64,000 bases of DNA from the human T2T-CHM13v2.0 reference genome, Homo sapiens. The translations under genes and the position numbers were made by a program. The stretch's first letter is position 1. Each line of letters starts with the position of its first letter. The notes under the pieces were generated by a model that did not search any database, was not told the origin of the DNA, and was given only the letters and a program-made list of their open reading frames with translations. The stretch lies in assembly GCF_009914755.1 (NCBI RefSeq), contig NC_060936.1. One strand, 5' to 3'. Of this stretch, positions 41,959 through 57,778 are shown in pieces.

Positions 41959-42660
41959 AGACAGAAGAAAGAGAAAGAGACTAGAAAAATGTAGCAAAGC
42001 AGGAATCCAGAGATGCAGGAACTCTGTGATTACTAAGAAATTTCTAGTGGGTGGCTCATGGACAAAAGCCTCTAGAACAGGTCTAATGCTCAGTATTAAA
42101 CAGTTTGGAAACTATTGCTGCTATACAATACTCTTCTTGGTAAAATCTGATGCACCTGCAAATGACTTGTGTGGGTAGCATTTTGGAGAAAGCAGAGATG
42201 AATAGGTCAGCATAGGACCACATGTCATGAACAAACATTGGAGATGAGACACTCTTGAGAACTGGAGTTCAGTGGGAATCGGAATTCAAGGCTAGAGGCA
42301 AACCATGAGAATGTCAGCCATTGGAACACTGTTGAGAACCTCAAACTTACCGTCTGGGAAGGGAGATTGTTGCAAATTTATGTAAACGTTGAATGATGGT
42401 GCAAACTCAGTTGATATTAATGTTGTTTAGGACAAGATCATGAACTAGGCTGGATAATTTCTAGTTAGTTCCTTGGAAAATCACAGTAAACAAGAAGTGA
42501 GAGAAGAGGAGGAGGAGGAGAACAAGGAGAAGGAAAAAGAGGTATACAAGGCATGCAGAAAAGTAAAATAACAGAAAAGCTGTTATAGCTGAATCCAAGT
42601 ATAAGGACTAATGAGGTAAAGACTGGAGAAACTAGACTCCAAATAATATAAATTGGGCAT

Positions 42661-42984
42661 TAGCTGCCTAATAATTAAATAAAAATGGTCCTAGGAAGAA
42701 GACTGAGAATTTAGGCAGCTTTAGATGTGTGAGCCCCGAGGATGTGTTCTGAAAGGATCTCAGAAGAAAAAAAAGACATCTTTTTTTGTCCAAAAATTTA
42801 ATAATAATTTAAAAGAACACATGAAATAGGAAAGGGCAGAAACTCAGACATTACCCCTTCCAAAGCAAAGATAGAGATGAGAAAGAAAGAGAGAAAGAGA
42901 AGAGGAGAGAGAGAGAGAGAGGAGAGAGAGAGCTGTAGCTGCCTAAATTCTCAGTCTTCTTCCTAGGACCATTTTTATTTAATT
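42661..42984. repeat. Complex insertion: 48-bp perfect inverted repeat around a ~215-bp duplicated segment, with 11-bp flanking direct repeat
   Basis: 42673-42720 is the exact reverse complement of 42937-42984; 'tagctgcctaa' at 42661-42671 and 42936-42946; 42718-42932 copies 41747-41958. Confidence 0.96.
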
Positions 42985-43554
42985 CAGAGTAATCCAAAAG
43001 TTATTATAAATTCAGCCTAAGCTAAATAGCCATGACTTGATTGCCAGCATAAGGATCATATCTGGCATGAAGGTCATAAAAGCTAAAACTCCATTATTAT
43101 GATTCTTACAATCAGTCAATTCTTTTTAACAGGAGGTAAATTCTAAACCATTTCTAAAACAAAGCAAGGGCAAATTAGAAATATGAGCCAAGTTCTTCCT
43201 AATATGTTTAGTCATTGACATTAAGTAGTTCTACCAAAACATTTTGGTCATGGTCACAATCAGATTCTAAATAAGCAGGTTTATAATGGGGGTAAATGGG
43301 GGTAAAGAATTTGCATGGATCATGTATGTATAGTGCATTTCAGGAAATACATTTCATGCATATACCTTACACGGAATTATCCATTCTGCCTACCACTAGC
43401 CATGTATGTAAAAAGAAGTTCTCACAGGGCTGCAGCATCAGATCAGGGAGACTATAATTCTACTACATTGAGAATGAGTGAACAAATTAGGAATATTATA
43501 CTCTGACAACATTTTAAGAACATTAGAAAAGACTGATGTTATCTAACGCAATCT

Positions 43555-43760
43555 CTAGTAATAGCAATTAACATTCATTGAGTCCTTTATGCTACCCTAA
43601 GCACTTTTCGTGTACTATCATAATTCATTCTTACAAAAATCCCATGAAGTAGCTCCATCTTATAAAGGCAGAAGCTGAGGCTTAGGGGAGCTTAGAAGAG
43701 TTTAATTACCTATCCAAGGTCACCCAATTAAGAAGCAGCAGGCAGAAACTCGGGACCTTT
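43555..43760 (-). mobile_element. MIR
   Basis: 'aacattcattgagtcc...ctaagcacttt...gaagctgaggcttaggg...tccaaggtcaccca'. Confidence 0.8.
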
Positions 43761-44513
43761 ATACTCATTTGCCTATGAATCATGTTATTTTTACTTACTA
43801 AAAATGGATGTCAGCTTGGTTCATCTTTTGGGAGTTTTTTCCTAGATTCCTAACTTTGGCTTAGCTTGGCCACCTATTTAATTCCTGTGTGTAGCTAGTC
43901 TATGACGTTTTTTATTTTTCTTCTCACTTTTGACTCTGTGTTTACTTTTGAACTTAGGCATAGATTAGCCTATTTCCTTATAACTCTTTGATATATGGCT
44001 TGTTCTTATCTTTAGCTCTTTCTCCACTTAGCTTTTCAGCGTTCTAAACATTGAGAATTTATTATGTTCAAGATATTTTGTCAGTCTCATAAAGGGAAGT
44101 GCCAAAAGAAAACACCACAGATAATAGTTATGACTGAATTCTTTATTTTAGGGAACTAATCTCTGTATAGGGTGGGGGTAGTTCTAAAAGTCTTGGGACA
44201 TAAGAAAAATTGAGATCTGGGTGATATAGACCATCACATAAGAAAGAATGACCTATCCACTGGAGTCTCTGCATAGGATGTTGATCAGGGCAAACCCCAA
44301 CCCAGCTAGTCATGTGCACCTGTGTATTAATCCTGACATCCTAGAAGTCCAAGAGTCCCAGAATTCTACTGTGGTCACTTGTTTGAAGTAAGGCACATAA
44401 CCATGGCCTTGGCCTTGTCTAAGCCTCCCAGCAAAGCTTAAATCCTAGACCTGCATAAGGAAGGATATCAAACAGTCTTAGTCTTTCATCAACAGAAACA
44501 TTTATTTCCCTCC

Positions 44514-45167
44514 AGTGCTGGGTCATTTTATTATCAACTTAGTTAAGCTGAAATATGTTTCCAGAATGTCCTTCTCTGTGTGGTGCTGGGTTAGTCTTGA
44601 TAAAGAGGGAGAGAAACAGACAGAGAGAGAGGCACATACACAGAGAGAACTTTGAAGAGATTTGGGAGGCAAAACTAAATCAGTCTCTCAGTAACTATTA
44701 CTCTTGGACGGTTTTCATGGTGATATGTGATATCACTATGAAACTCATTCTACTGCATTCACAATACAGTAGAATGAATTTGAGAATCTGCATTTGAGAA
44801 TCACTTTTCAAAGTGATAGACAGGCAACTGTCCATTGCAAATGTGCCTGGTGGTTTCCTCTTCGTCCTTGTTCTACATCATTCTACAGCCCCCAGCTCTT
44901 CATCCTAATTGTTGGACATTCTGACCAACACAAAGGCAACAGCTTCCAATAGATCTGGCCACACCCATCTCTTTCATGGTTCCACTTCAGTGGCTGGACT
45001 TGCTTGGCTTTTCAGATTCTGCATGTGAGTTCCAACTTGTCATCCTGCACCAACTTTTACTCCCCAGATCCTTTAAAAATTATGTAAGATCTAAGTCTTG
45101 TAGTAAATCCCTTAATGTTTAATACTCCAATTGATTCTGTTTCCTTGACAGAACCCTAACTAATTCA
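44514..45167 (+). mobile_element. ERVL LTR (LTR33-like)
   Basis: Start 'tcaacttagttaagctgaaatatgtttccagaatgtccttctctg'; end 'taaatcccttaat...ttctgtttccttgacagaaccctaactaattca'. Confidence 0.6.
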
Positions 45168-45191
45168 GGCTCTTAGGAGTGGGGTGTTCCA

Positions 45192-46347
45192 GAGATAAAG
45201 CCACACACCTACAGCCATCTGATTTTTGACAGAGTGAATAAAACTGAGCAATGGGGAAAGAACCCCCTCTTCAATAAATGGTACAGGGATAGCTGAGAAG
45301 CCATATGCAGAAGAATGAAACTAGACCCTTCCTTACCTTTCACCATATACAAAAATTAACTCAAGATAGATTAAAGATTTAAAGTTAAAACCTCAAACTA
45401 TAAGAATCCTAGAAGAAAACCTAGGAAACACCATTCTGAATATCAGCCTTGGGAAAGAATTTATGACTAAATCCTCAAAAGCAATTGCAATAAAACAAAA
45501 ATTGATAAATGGGACCAAATTAAACTAAAGAGTTTCTGCACAGGAAAAGAAACTATCAACAGAGTAAACAAACAACCTACAGAGTGGGAGAAAATAGTTG
45601 CAATCTATGCATCCAACAAAGGTCTAATGTCCAGAATCTATAAGGAACTTAAACAATTGATCAAGCAAAAAGCAAAGAACCCTATTTAAAAAGGGGCAAA
45701 AGACAAACAGACCCTTTTCAAAAGTAGACATATACGTGGCCAACAAACATATTAAAAAATGTTCCACATCACTCATCATCAGAGAAATGCAAATCAAAAC
45801 CACAATGAGATATCATTTCATACCAGTCAGAATGGCAATTACTAAAATATCAAAAGCAACAAATCGCTGGCGAGTCTATGGAGAAAATGGAATGGTTATA
45901 CACTTTCGGTGGGAATGTAAATTAGTTCAACCGCTGTGGAAAGCAGTTTGGAGATTTCTCAAAAAACTTAAAACTACCATTTGATCTAGCAATCCCATTA
46001 CTGAGTATAGATCCAAAAGAAAATAAATCATCTGCCAAAAAGACACATGCACTCACATGTTCATTGCAGCAGTATTCACAATAGCGTGGACATGGAACCA
46101 ACCTAGGTGCCCATCAATGGCAGATTAGCTAAAGAAAATGTGGTACATTTACACCACAGAATACTACACAGACATAAAAAAGAAAGAAATAATGTTCTTT
46201 TCAGAAAAAATGGATGCAGCTATAGACCATTATCCTAAGCATTTAATGTAGGAATCAAAAACAAAATACCACATTTTCACTTACATGTGGGAGCTAAACA
46301 TTGGGTTTCCATGGACGTAAGGATGACAACAATTAAAACTGGGGACA
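45192..46347 (+). mobile_element. Older L1PA (PA13-16-like) ORF2 3' part, left segment
   Basis: ORF 45736-45984 '[27 protein letters not shown]...CKLVQPLWK' matches the L1 ORF2 C-terminal Cys-rich region; the element resumes at 49271. Confidence 0.92.
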
Positions 46348-49270
<2,923 letters not shown>

Positions 49271-49460
49271 AAAACTGAGGACAGAGTAGAAAGAGAAGGA
49301 GGGGGACAAGGGCTGCAAAACTAACTATTGGGTACTATGCTCAGTTCCTGGGTGATGGGATCAATTGTACCCTAAACCTCAGCATCATACAATATAACCA
49401 GGTGACAAACGTACACATGTACCCCCTGAATCTAAAATAAAAGTTGAATTTTTTTTCTTA
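49271..49460 (+). mobile_element. Older L1PA 3' end, right segment
   Basis: 'attgggtactatgctcag...aaacctcagcatcatacaatata...tgtaccccctgaatctaaaataaaagttgaa'. Confidence 0.92.
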
Positions 49461-50122
49461 AAGAAGTAGGGTGTTTGTAGTCTCAAAAACCTAAAACGTG
49501 TGGCAGCGGCTAGGAAGTAAGTGCTAGACAGAGACTGAAAGGCAGCTAGAAATCTACTAGGAAATGCTTTCAAGAAAATGGGCAAGATGTCTTGTAGGTT
49601 AGAGGAAGGATGATCCTTACTGCGTTACAGAGAAGAAAAAATGCAAAATGCTTCTAACAATGTGAAGGAAAGAAAATAAACCTAATGAGTTTGTAGATCT
49701 GGCCAATTTTACCTTTACATAAAATGTTGAAAGTGCCAATTGGCTTCTTCTAGCTGCATATGACAAGTTATGTGAAGATAGAAATGTGTAAAGGAACTGT
49801 TCTGTTTATAAGCAGAATGCTAAAGGAAATACACGAAGGCCAGGACTTACTGGGCTGAAAAATAAAACTATATTTCATCCCAAGTACTACCAGCCACTAA
49901 AAAATTCTCAAGGTGATACGAGGCATGAGATCAAAGATCAAATCTAGGGTTTATCTCTAAGACCCCTTGTGAAGATCTCTGGAAGATTTAAGGCAGTGTT
50001 ACACATGTAAGCCCAGGTGATTTATGGAAGATCCACCCTGTCAGCCCACATAATTGTGAGAAATAATAAGTCATCGTGTTTTTAAGCCACTAGAAGTTTT
50101 GGGATAATTTGCTGTGCAGCTC
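49461..50122 (+). mobile_element. MLT1 internal fragment plus LTR 3' end
   Basis: 'aaacctaaaacgtgtggcagcggct', 'ttggcttcttctagctgcatatgacaag'; LTR end 'gtgagaaataataag...ttttaagccactagaagttttgggataatttgc'. Confidence 0.65.
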
Positions 50123-50374
50123 ACAAATATAAGAGTTATCTATAATTAATATCCTTAACATATTTTAAATCAAAATTTACTCAATATGTAAATCTAAACA
50201 TGGACAACACAACTCTCCCTCCAGACAAATTAAATAATTTGGTGTTCATTAAGTTATTACTCATAATTAGTAACCCAATTTCTGCCAAGATAACACTATG
50301 AAATTCTTTATCATGATGTACTTCTTACAGGTAATACATATTTTTATTGTAATGAAAACTTTCTGGAGCTTACT

Positions 50375-50570
50375 GTACATAGTGGTTGAATACATCATTA
50401 TTGAACAGAATAATTTGAATTCAACTACTTGATATTGAACAAGATACCTCTCTGAGCTTCAGTTTTCTTATCTACATAATGAGGATACATGTTTCTCAGG
50501 GTTGTTGTGAAGAATAAATGAGGTTATGCCTGGTATAGAGTAAAACTTAGTATATGTTAGCTGTTATTAG
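50375..50570 (+). mobile_element. MIR
   Basis: 'acctctctgagcttcagttttcttatctacataatgagg...cagggttgttgtgaagaataaatgag'. Confidence 0.85.
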
Positions 50571-51063
50571 TTTTCAGACAATGATTTACCCTCTAGAATG
50601 AAGGTCAAGTGGCATTAGGCATCAGACCATATCCAGAAGAAGAGCCCAGTTCTGACTTTGGACAGAAGAAGGGATGTATAGTTTTAAATCCACTGCTGGT
50701 CCTACAAAAGCAATCCAGAGGGCAGATCTGCTATGGGCGCACTTTCCTTCTTTCTGAGTATCTATCCAGAGAGATATATTTACTGTTAATATTTCTGGAA
50801 ATGCCAAGAAATTATCAGATGAATTTACGAGATCCAAACTGAAGATGTAAAACATCCAATGATTATTTGTCCTGGCAAGATATAGGCTGATGTGAAAAAC
50901 TGGGAGAAAAGTCAGGCACATTTTCCTTGATTGCCCTCACCCATTTCTAATTTTTAATAAAGAAATACTTTTGTTTAAAAATGTTCCCAGTGTGCTTTTA
51001 TTATGTCTTTATAGTTTTAATTCTTTTTAGAAATGTAGCTATTTATCTAAAATCTTAATAAGT

Positions 51064-52030
51064 ATTCATTATTGGATTACTCATATAACAAATATTTATT
51101 AAATGCTTGCTATGCTCCTATCACTACGTTAGATGTGGAAATACAACAGCGAACAACAAAGACATAGGTCTTGCCCTCTGGGAACTTTCAGTTTAGTTAG
51201 AAATATAGAGGAATGAACAGAAAATATTACACAATATTATAATTATTGAGAGAGGGAAAATATGTGTTACTAGAAGCTCAAAGAAATGGTATATGGCCCC
51301 AACGTGGGAGTAAGGGATAGTGAAGTCCCATGTAGTGCTAAAGAGTACAAGCACAGCAAATAGGAGAAGGTATTGGAGGCAGTAAAAAGGAAATGCACAA
51401 GAAGACACTCAGAGGCAAGGAAACATAAGACGTCCGTCCTGCCAGCGAGGAAGGGAGATCCCTGTGGACAAAGAAGCAATTGCATAGATACCTGGAGTCT
51501 AAAGCACAAAGAGCCCACATACCTTATTATGAAGGCTCCTGTTTACCTGGAGGACTATGACCTCCTACTGGGTTTTGGGCAGGGGTTTATGTATTTAAAC
51601 AATCACCCTGGGATGTAGAGAATGGCTTGGAAGAGAAGCAGAAGAAAAAGTGGGAGACAGGGAGCTTTGTTAAGAACCAGCTTCAGATCTAGGGGAAGTA
51701 TCTATGCCAGAACACTTAGTGGAGACAGAAAGGTGGATGGTTAGAGAGTTATTTATAATGTAGAAACCATAGAACTTCTGGCTTAATTAAATGTGAGATA
51801 CAACAGAGGTAGAAGAATCAAATTTTAGACTTTATCAACCACAAAAATAGTGGCATCTTTTTGTGAGATGGGGAATATAGGAACAATAGGGGAGAAACAA
51901 GTGTTTAGGATGAGATAAATAATTTACTTTTGAGTATGATGAGGTATAAGTTTAGAGGCCCAGTGTGTAAGTGGGTATAGTGGTCTGAATTTTAGGAATT
52001 TGGCCAACAGAAGAGGCAGACATTCACTTA
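51064..52030 (-). mobile_element. L2
   Basis: 'aacaaatatttattaaatgcttgctatg...aaagacataggtcttgccctctgggaactttcagtttag' and purine-rich continuation. Confidence 0.75.
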
Positions 52031-53692
52031 GATATCCAGAGGTTTTCTTCCAATAATCTGTTTTAAAATTAGCATTAGAGATCTCAAGTATCTTGAAAGT
52101 GAGATGAAGATTTTCGCTTCTTGAATGAGTTCTATTAATCAAAAGCCTGTGGATGCCACATGTAAGTATTGCCTTCATATGAAAACATTTCCAGCTGATA
52201 ACAATGGATATGTTGCCTTGTCGTTTACTCAATCTGTTTATTTCTCTTGGCAACAGAATACATATGGAAATTTACAAACCAATCCCAAAAGAAAAAAAAA
52301 TCATTTGATTGCTTACTTTTTAATTCTTAAATATGATTAGTATGAGTATTAAATAATGGGTGAATGAATGGTATGAACAAGTTGATTCTCACTTGGCAAA
52401 ACTTTTTTGTCCATCATTGTTAATCATTCAATATTGGATTCAACTTGGAATAACATTACAGAAAATGCAGACAGAAGGTTATCAGTGCTATCTGAAAGGT
52501 ATGAAGTATGTAGCTTGCTTTGTGTTTTGTGTATTTTTTATTACCTGAGGCTTTGCTATAATCAGGCTGGCACTTTATGTTTCATGATGAGCTCATTATA
52601 CAAAGGCAAATGGCAGCTGAAAATTGGCTGACTAGTGTATTTCTACAGCATAGAGATGCTTTTTATTAATGAGGCTGATAAAGAAGTTAATTCTTTGTGT
52701 TTAAAATAAATCATTTCCAAAAATAAATAGCAAAGAGAGCCATAGAAATAGAGGCAAGATGAGAAGCTTTGAGAATGATTTAAGAAGGAAGAAGAGAATT
52801 CACACATGTTCATGGTTAGAAGTCAAAGTGTTATCAGAGACAGTCTTGGCCAGTAAAGTTCCATAGTTATTTCAAAGCCTCTGCTAGTTTAAAAACAGTT
52901 GAAAAAGAAAAGTTAACACATACTGGATTAGAAGATGTAGAAATTTAGATATACAGCCTTTGATTTGAATTCTTGGAAGAGTTTAGTTCCACTTCCATAT
53001 AGTTTCAATATTACTGGATAGAATCTGTCACTTAGTCCCCTGGAAAAGTCTAGGGGTAGCATTTATAAAAATCCCTTATCTTAAACCTTATTTTGTTTGA
53101 ATTGGCTATAACAGCAATAATGAGAACTTAGAAATCATTCTCTTGAAAGATAAGCACAATTTTTCCCTTGAAAATTCAGCTAAATTTCCAGAATTATCTT
53201 AGACTAAAGCTACTTAAATAATGAGCTGTTTATAGTTATGGAAATATTTATGATCATAGACTTGAGAAAAGAAGGGAAAATTGGAGAAGATGAGGGATTA
53301 AAGTGGTGATGTCAATGAAATTAAATAAATTTATGAGGCATCCATTCTTTGAGGCTTGGCTTACCTTTCTGCAAATATCAAGAATGTTCTCAATAATGGC
53401 AGAATCCTTTTATGAACTGTATATCTACTAATTAAGGGTCTTCCAATACTATATTATAACCCTTGTCTGGGAAAATTAAACTTACAATCAAATAAAACGT
53501 ATAATTGGGTGCACATCAGCTGTGCAACTGCAGGCAAACGACCTAATTTCTCTGAATCAATTTCTTTACCCCCAAAAATGAAACAGTAATGCCCACATCT
53601 GAGGATTAGTGTAGGTATTATGTCATTTTGTCTAGACTCTTTAAGCTAGAGGAGTAAGCTGTATGCCAACAGTAAGCTGATAAAGCAAACAA

Positions 53693-53970
53693 GGTCGGGC
53701 ACAGTGGCTCACGCCTATAATCCCAGCACTTTGGGAAGCTGAGGTGTGCAGATCACTTGAGGCCAGAAGCTCAAGACCAGCCTGGCCAACAGAGCAAAAC
53801 CCCGTTTCTCCTAAAAAAAGAAAAAATTAGCCAGGCATGGTGGTGCTCACCTGTGGTCCCAGGACTCAGGAAGTGGAGGTTGCAGTGAGCCAAGATCACA
53901 CCACTGTACTCCAGCCTGGGTGACCAAGCCAGACTTTGTCTCAAAAAAACAAAACAAAGCAAAATCAACA
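53693..53970 (+). mobile_element. Alu (AluJ-like) with internal right-arm deletion
   Basis: 'cctgtggtcccag' joined directly to 'gactcaggaagtggagg'; about 30 bp of the right arm missing. Confidence 0.9.
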
Positions 53971-54209
53971 AGTAAACATGACATATTACTCAATGGCAAA
54001 TAATTTATACCACATTTACCATGTCAGTGATTTCATCAGGCCATACATAGCTCCTTCCCAAAATTATAGGGATGTGGAACAATAATTATTATGATTTATT
54101 AAGATAATTTTAGATTAAAAATGAAAAGTATTGTTTTATATGTACCTGGTACACAGTAGACCTTCAATATCTTTTTTAAATTATAAGAAAATCTCAGATA
54201 TCAGAAAGT

Positions 54210-54440
54210 AGATGTTGAGTACATAATAAGTGCATATAATAAGTATACTTACTATGCATGGATTATTTCATTGAACTTCATAACAACCCAGGAAGTAGGT
54301 ACAATTATCATTGCTACTTGTAGGTGAAGAAACTGAGAAAACAAATGTAAAATAATGAGTCTAAGTCCTGGAGGCTGATGAACAGGGAAGACAAGATTCA
54401 AACTCAGGTCATTTGGCTCCTAAATTTTTGCACTTTACTA
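54210..54440 (-). mobile_element. MIR
   Basis: 'ttcataacaacccaggaagtaggtacaattatcatt...taggtgaagaaactgag'. Confidence 0.8.
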
Positions 54441-55074
54441 CAAGGCAGTAGTAAAATAAAAGGTGAAATCGGTAGTCTACAAAACCCCTGGAAATCAGGG
54501 ATTCATGGAAAGGCCGGGAACACCTGCGAGAACAAAGTAACGCTAGGAAACAGTACATCTTATAACCCAGAAATGGTCTGGTTCGAATGATATTGCATGC
54601 ACAAGGTCACTGCTGAGCCTCTCTTTGCCTCTCTCAAGGCCACTTCTGTTAATATTATAAACTTTTTCTACATTTCTCTATTTAATTTACTGAGTCCTTG
54701 GAAGATATGTATGATTGGCCCAGCCTGAGTTACGTGTCTGAATCTTGAATTTCAGGATGCAGAAAGACAATTTTTTGTCCTTTGACATTCAGTAAACTGA
54801 ATGGTAGCCTCCACTGAATCACAGAATTTGGGTTATTTCTCCAAAACAGGATGGAGCAATTGATGCTGAATAGTTAAAAAGATTCTGTCCACAAATTTTC
54901 CACCTAACATGATAAAAATATTCTTGGTAAAGCTCAATAGAGACTCATTTGTTTCCCAAAAGGAGACAATCCAAGTATTAAAGTCAGCATCACCATGTAA
55001 TGTACGTTTGTCCTTTGGTTCTGTCGCATCTCCTTTGAATATTTTGCAACCTCTAGACCTACATTTTCCCATAT

Positions 55075-55215
55075 GAAAGGCACAAGTCACGAGAGTGGCT
55101 CTTAAGCACTTGAAGTAGGGCTAGTATGAATTGAGATGAGCTTTAAGTGTTAAATATACAGTTGATTTTGAAGACTATGTTTAAATGGTAATATTTAAAA
55201 TATAATTAATTTTAA
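55075..55215. mobile_element. MER3-like hAT-Charlie fragment
   Basis: 'gtggctcttaagcacttgaagtagggctagtatgaattgagatg...gattttgaagact'. Confidence 0.7.
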
Positions 55216-55224
55216 TTGTTTCCT

Positions 55225-55758
55225 TCTGAAGGTTCAAGTCTAAACCTTTTTAAATGAATTGACAATAAACAAATTAACAGTATAGAAATTTACTGCATAA
55301 AGGAAAACAGTATAGTATTTATTAATGAGCATAAATGTGGGAGCCATATGCACAATATGAGACTCCAAGAAGGCTGGATGGTTAAAGCTCGAACACCCTC
55401 TTCAGAACCGAGAGAAAACTGGGGGGCTATAGGCAATTTTAGAACATTAGTAAAGCATTTTAGGAGAGATGAAAGGCCCCATGAGACAGAAATTAGCTTG
55501 TAAATAATTCTTTTTGTAAAGTGAATAGGACATGAAAGCAAACAATAGTTTGGGCTCTAGATGTGCTGTTAAATTTTCAGTCTTGTTCTCTGTGGTATGA
55601 AATTTAATCTTCTCTGGTTAATGAAATTTTAGGGATGGGATCAAAGGCATTTGTGTTCCTCTTTGTGAGGTGGGGAAGGTCAGAGAGATCTTGAGGCTGC
55701 ATGTTTAGATCAGTATGTCAAAACACCATATTTGGAGGTATAATTTTGATCCCCTATA
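55225..55758 (-). mobile_element. ERV1-class LTR (MER31/MER67-like)
   Basis: End 'tgtcaaaacaccatatttggaggtataattttgatcccctata'; subfamily uncertain. Confidence 0.5.
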
Positions 55759-56106
55759 GTCTGAAGCTTTTTTTTTGTTAACAGTTTTAGGGAGGTATAA
55801 TTTACACAATGAACTCATTTGAAATGTACGGTTTGATAGTTTAATATATATGCAACCCATTAAACCAGCACCACAGTCAAGATACTGAACATAAACTTTT
55901 CCACCCAATAATTTTCTCATACTTCTCTGTAATCCCTTTTTCTCACTCTTCTGTGAACCCTCATTCTCAGGCAACTACTTAGCCACTTTCTAGCATAATA
56001 GGTGAGTATGCATTTTCTAGAATTTTATATAAATACAGATATAGAGTAGGCCATCTTTTAACCTGGCTTCTTTCACTCATGATCTATTCATATTGTTGTA
56101 TGTACC

Positions 56107-56483
56107 TGATATGATTTGGCTGTGTCCCCACCCAAATCTCATCTCATATTGTAATACCCATAATTCCCACATGTCCAGGGAGAGACTTAGTAGGAGGTAA
56201 TTGGATCATGGGGCCAGTTTCCCCCATGCTGTTCTCATGACAGTGAGTGAGTTCTCATGAGATTTCATGGTTTTATAAGTGGCAGTTTCCCCTGGGCTTT
56301 TTTCTGTCTTTCCTGCGGTCTTGTGGAGAAGGTACTTGCTTTTCCTTTGCCTTCCACTATGACTGTAAGTTTCCTGAGACCTCCATAGCCATGTGGAACT
56401 GTGAGTTAATTAAACCTCTTTACTTTATAAATCACCCAGCCTCGGATAGCATCTTTATAGCAGTGCAAAAATGGATTAATACA
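56107..56483 (+). mobile_element. THE1D/MSTA-like MaLR solo LTR
   Basis: 'tgatatgatttggctgtgtccccacccaaatctc...ggattaataca'; 5-bp TSD gtacc/gtact. Confidence 0.95.
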
Positions 56484-57344
56484 GTACTAATAATTCATTT
56501 CTTTTTATAGCTTAGTAGTATTCTGTTTTATAGATGCACTACAATTTATTTATCCACTAGTTCACTGACATTTGAGTTGTTTCCAGTCTTTGGTTTTTAC
56601 AAATAAAGCTGCAAAGAACATTGGTGTAAAAGTCTTTGTATGGAAGTATGCTTTCATTTCTCGAGAAATACCTTGAGATAAAGGTAAAATCACATGGCAG
56701 GCATATGCTTAATTTTTAAAGAAGCTGCCAAACAGTTTTCTAAGGTGATTGCACCATTTTGTATTCCTTCCAGCAATACATGACAGTTTCACATGTTCCA
56801 CATACACAGTTGAAATGACAGGACTTTTTAATTTTAGACATTTAATAGGTATATATTAGTATTTCAAGGTGGTTTTAATTTGCATTCTCCTAGGGAGTAA
56901 TGATGCTAAGCATCTTTTCATGTGTTTGTCATCAGTATATCTGTTTTAGTGAAGTGTGTGTTAAATACTTGACTGTTTTTAATTGGATTATTTGGTTTCT
57001 TATTAAGTTTTGAGAGTGATTTATCTATTCTGGATAAGCCTTGTCTTAGATATATAACTAGCAATTTTTTTTTCCATGTCTTTGGCTTGACTTATTTTGT
57101 TCAGTCTTTTAACAGTTTTTGAAAAGAAAAAGTTGTTAATTTTGATGAAGGCTATTTTTTTCTTTTCTGGATAGTGCTTTTGGTGTTATATTTAAGAACC
57201 TTTGCTTAAGCCAATGTCACAATAATTTTCTCCTATACTTCTGGAAGTTTTATTCTTTTGGGTTTTACATTGAGATCTCTGATCCATTTGAGTCCATTTT
57301 TGTATACGGTATAAGGTATGCATCAAAGTTTATTTTCTGCACAT

Positions 57345-57778
57345 TGTTACAGGTTAAAATGTATTCCCTGTAAAGATGTTGAAATCTTAACCCTCATTAT
57401 CTGTGGTGCCTGTGAATATGACCTTATCTGAATACAGGGTATTTGCAGATGGTCAAGTAAAGACAAGATTCATAGAGTGACTAATAGGTTATTAATGTGA
57501 CTGCCAGCCTTATAAAAACAGGAAATTTAAACACAGAGACACACACACACAGAGGACCATGTGGACATAAAGGCAAAGTTTGAGGTGATGCCAAGTTATG
57601 CCAAAGATTGCCAACAAACTACCAAAAGATAGGAGAGAGACATGGAACAGATTCTTTCTTACAGCCTTTAGAAGGAACCAAGCCTGGTGGCATCCAGAAC
57701 TTTCAGACAAGAAATTTCTGTTTAACAAGCCATCCAATATGTAGTACTTTGTTATGGCTACCCTAACAAACTAATATA
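57345..57778 (+). mobile_element. MLT1B/C-like solo LTR
   Basis: 'tgttacaggttaaaatgtattccc...gccaaagattgccaacaaactacca...aaactaatata'; TSD cacat/ctcat. Confidence 0.88.

Noticed and set aside
42673-42984. Novel MITE or DNA transposon
   Set aside because: The right inverted arm overlaps and extends past the direct repeat, and the interior is a copy of nearby unique DNA; templated repair explains it better.
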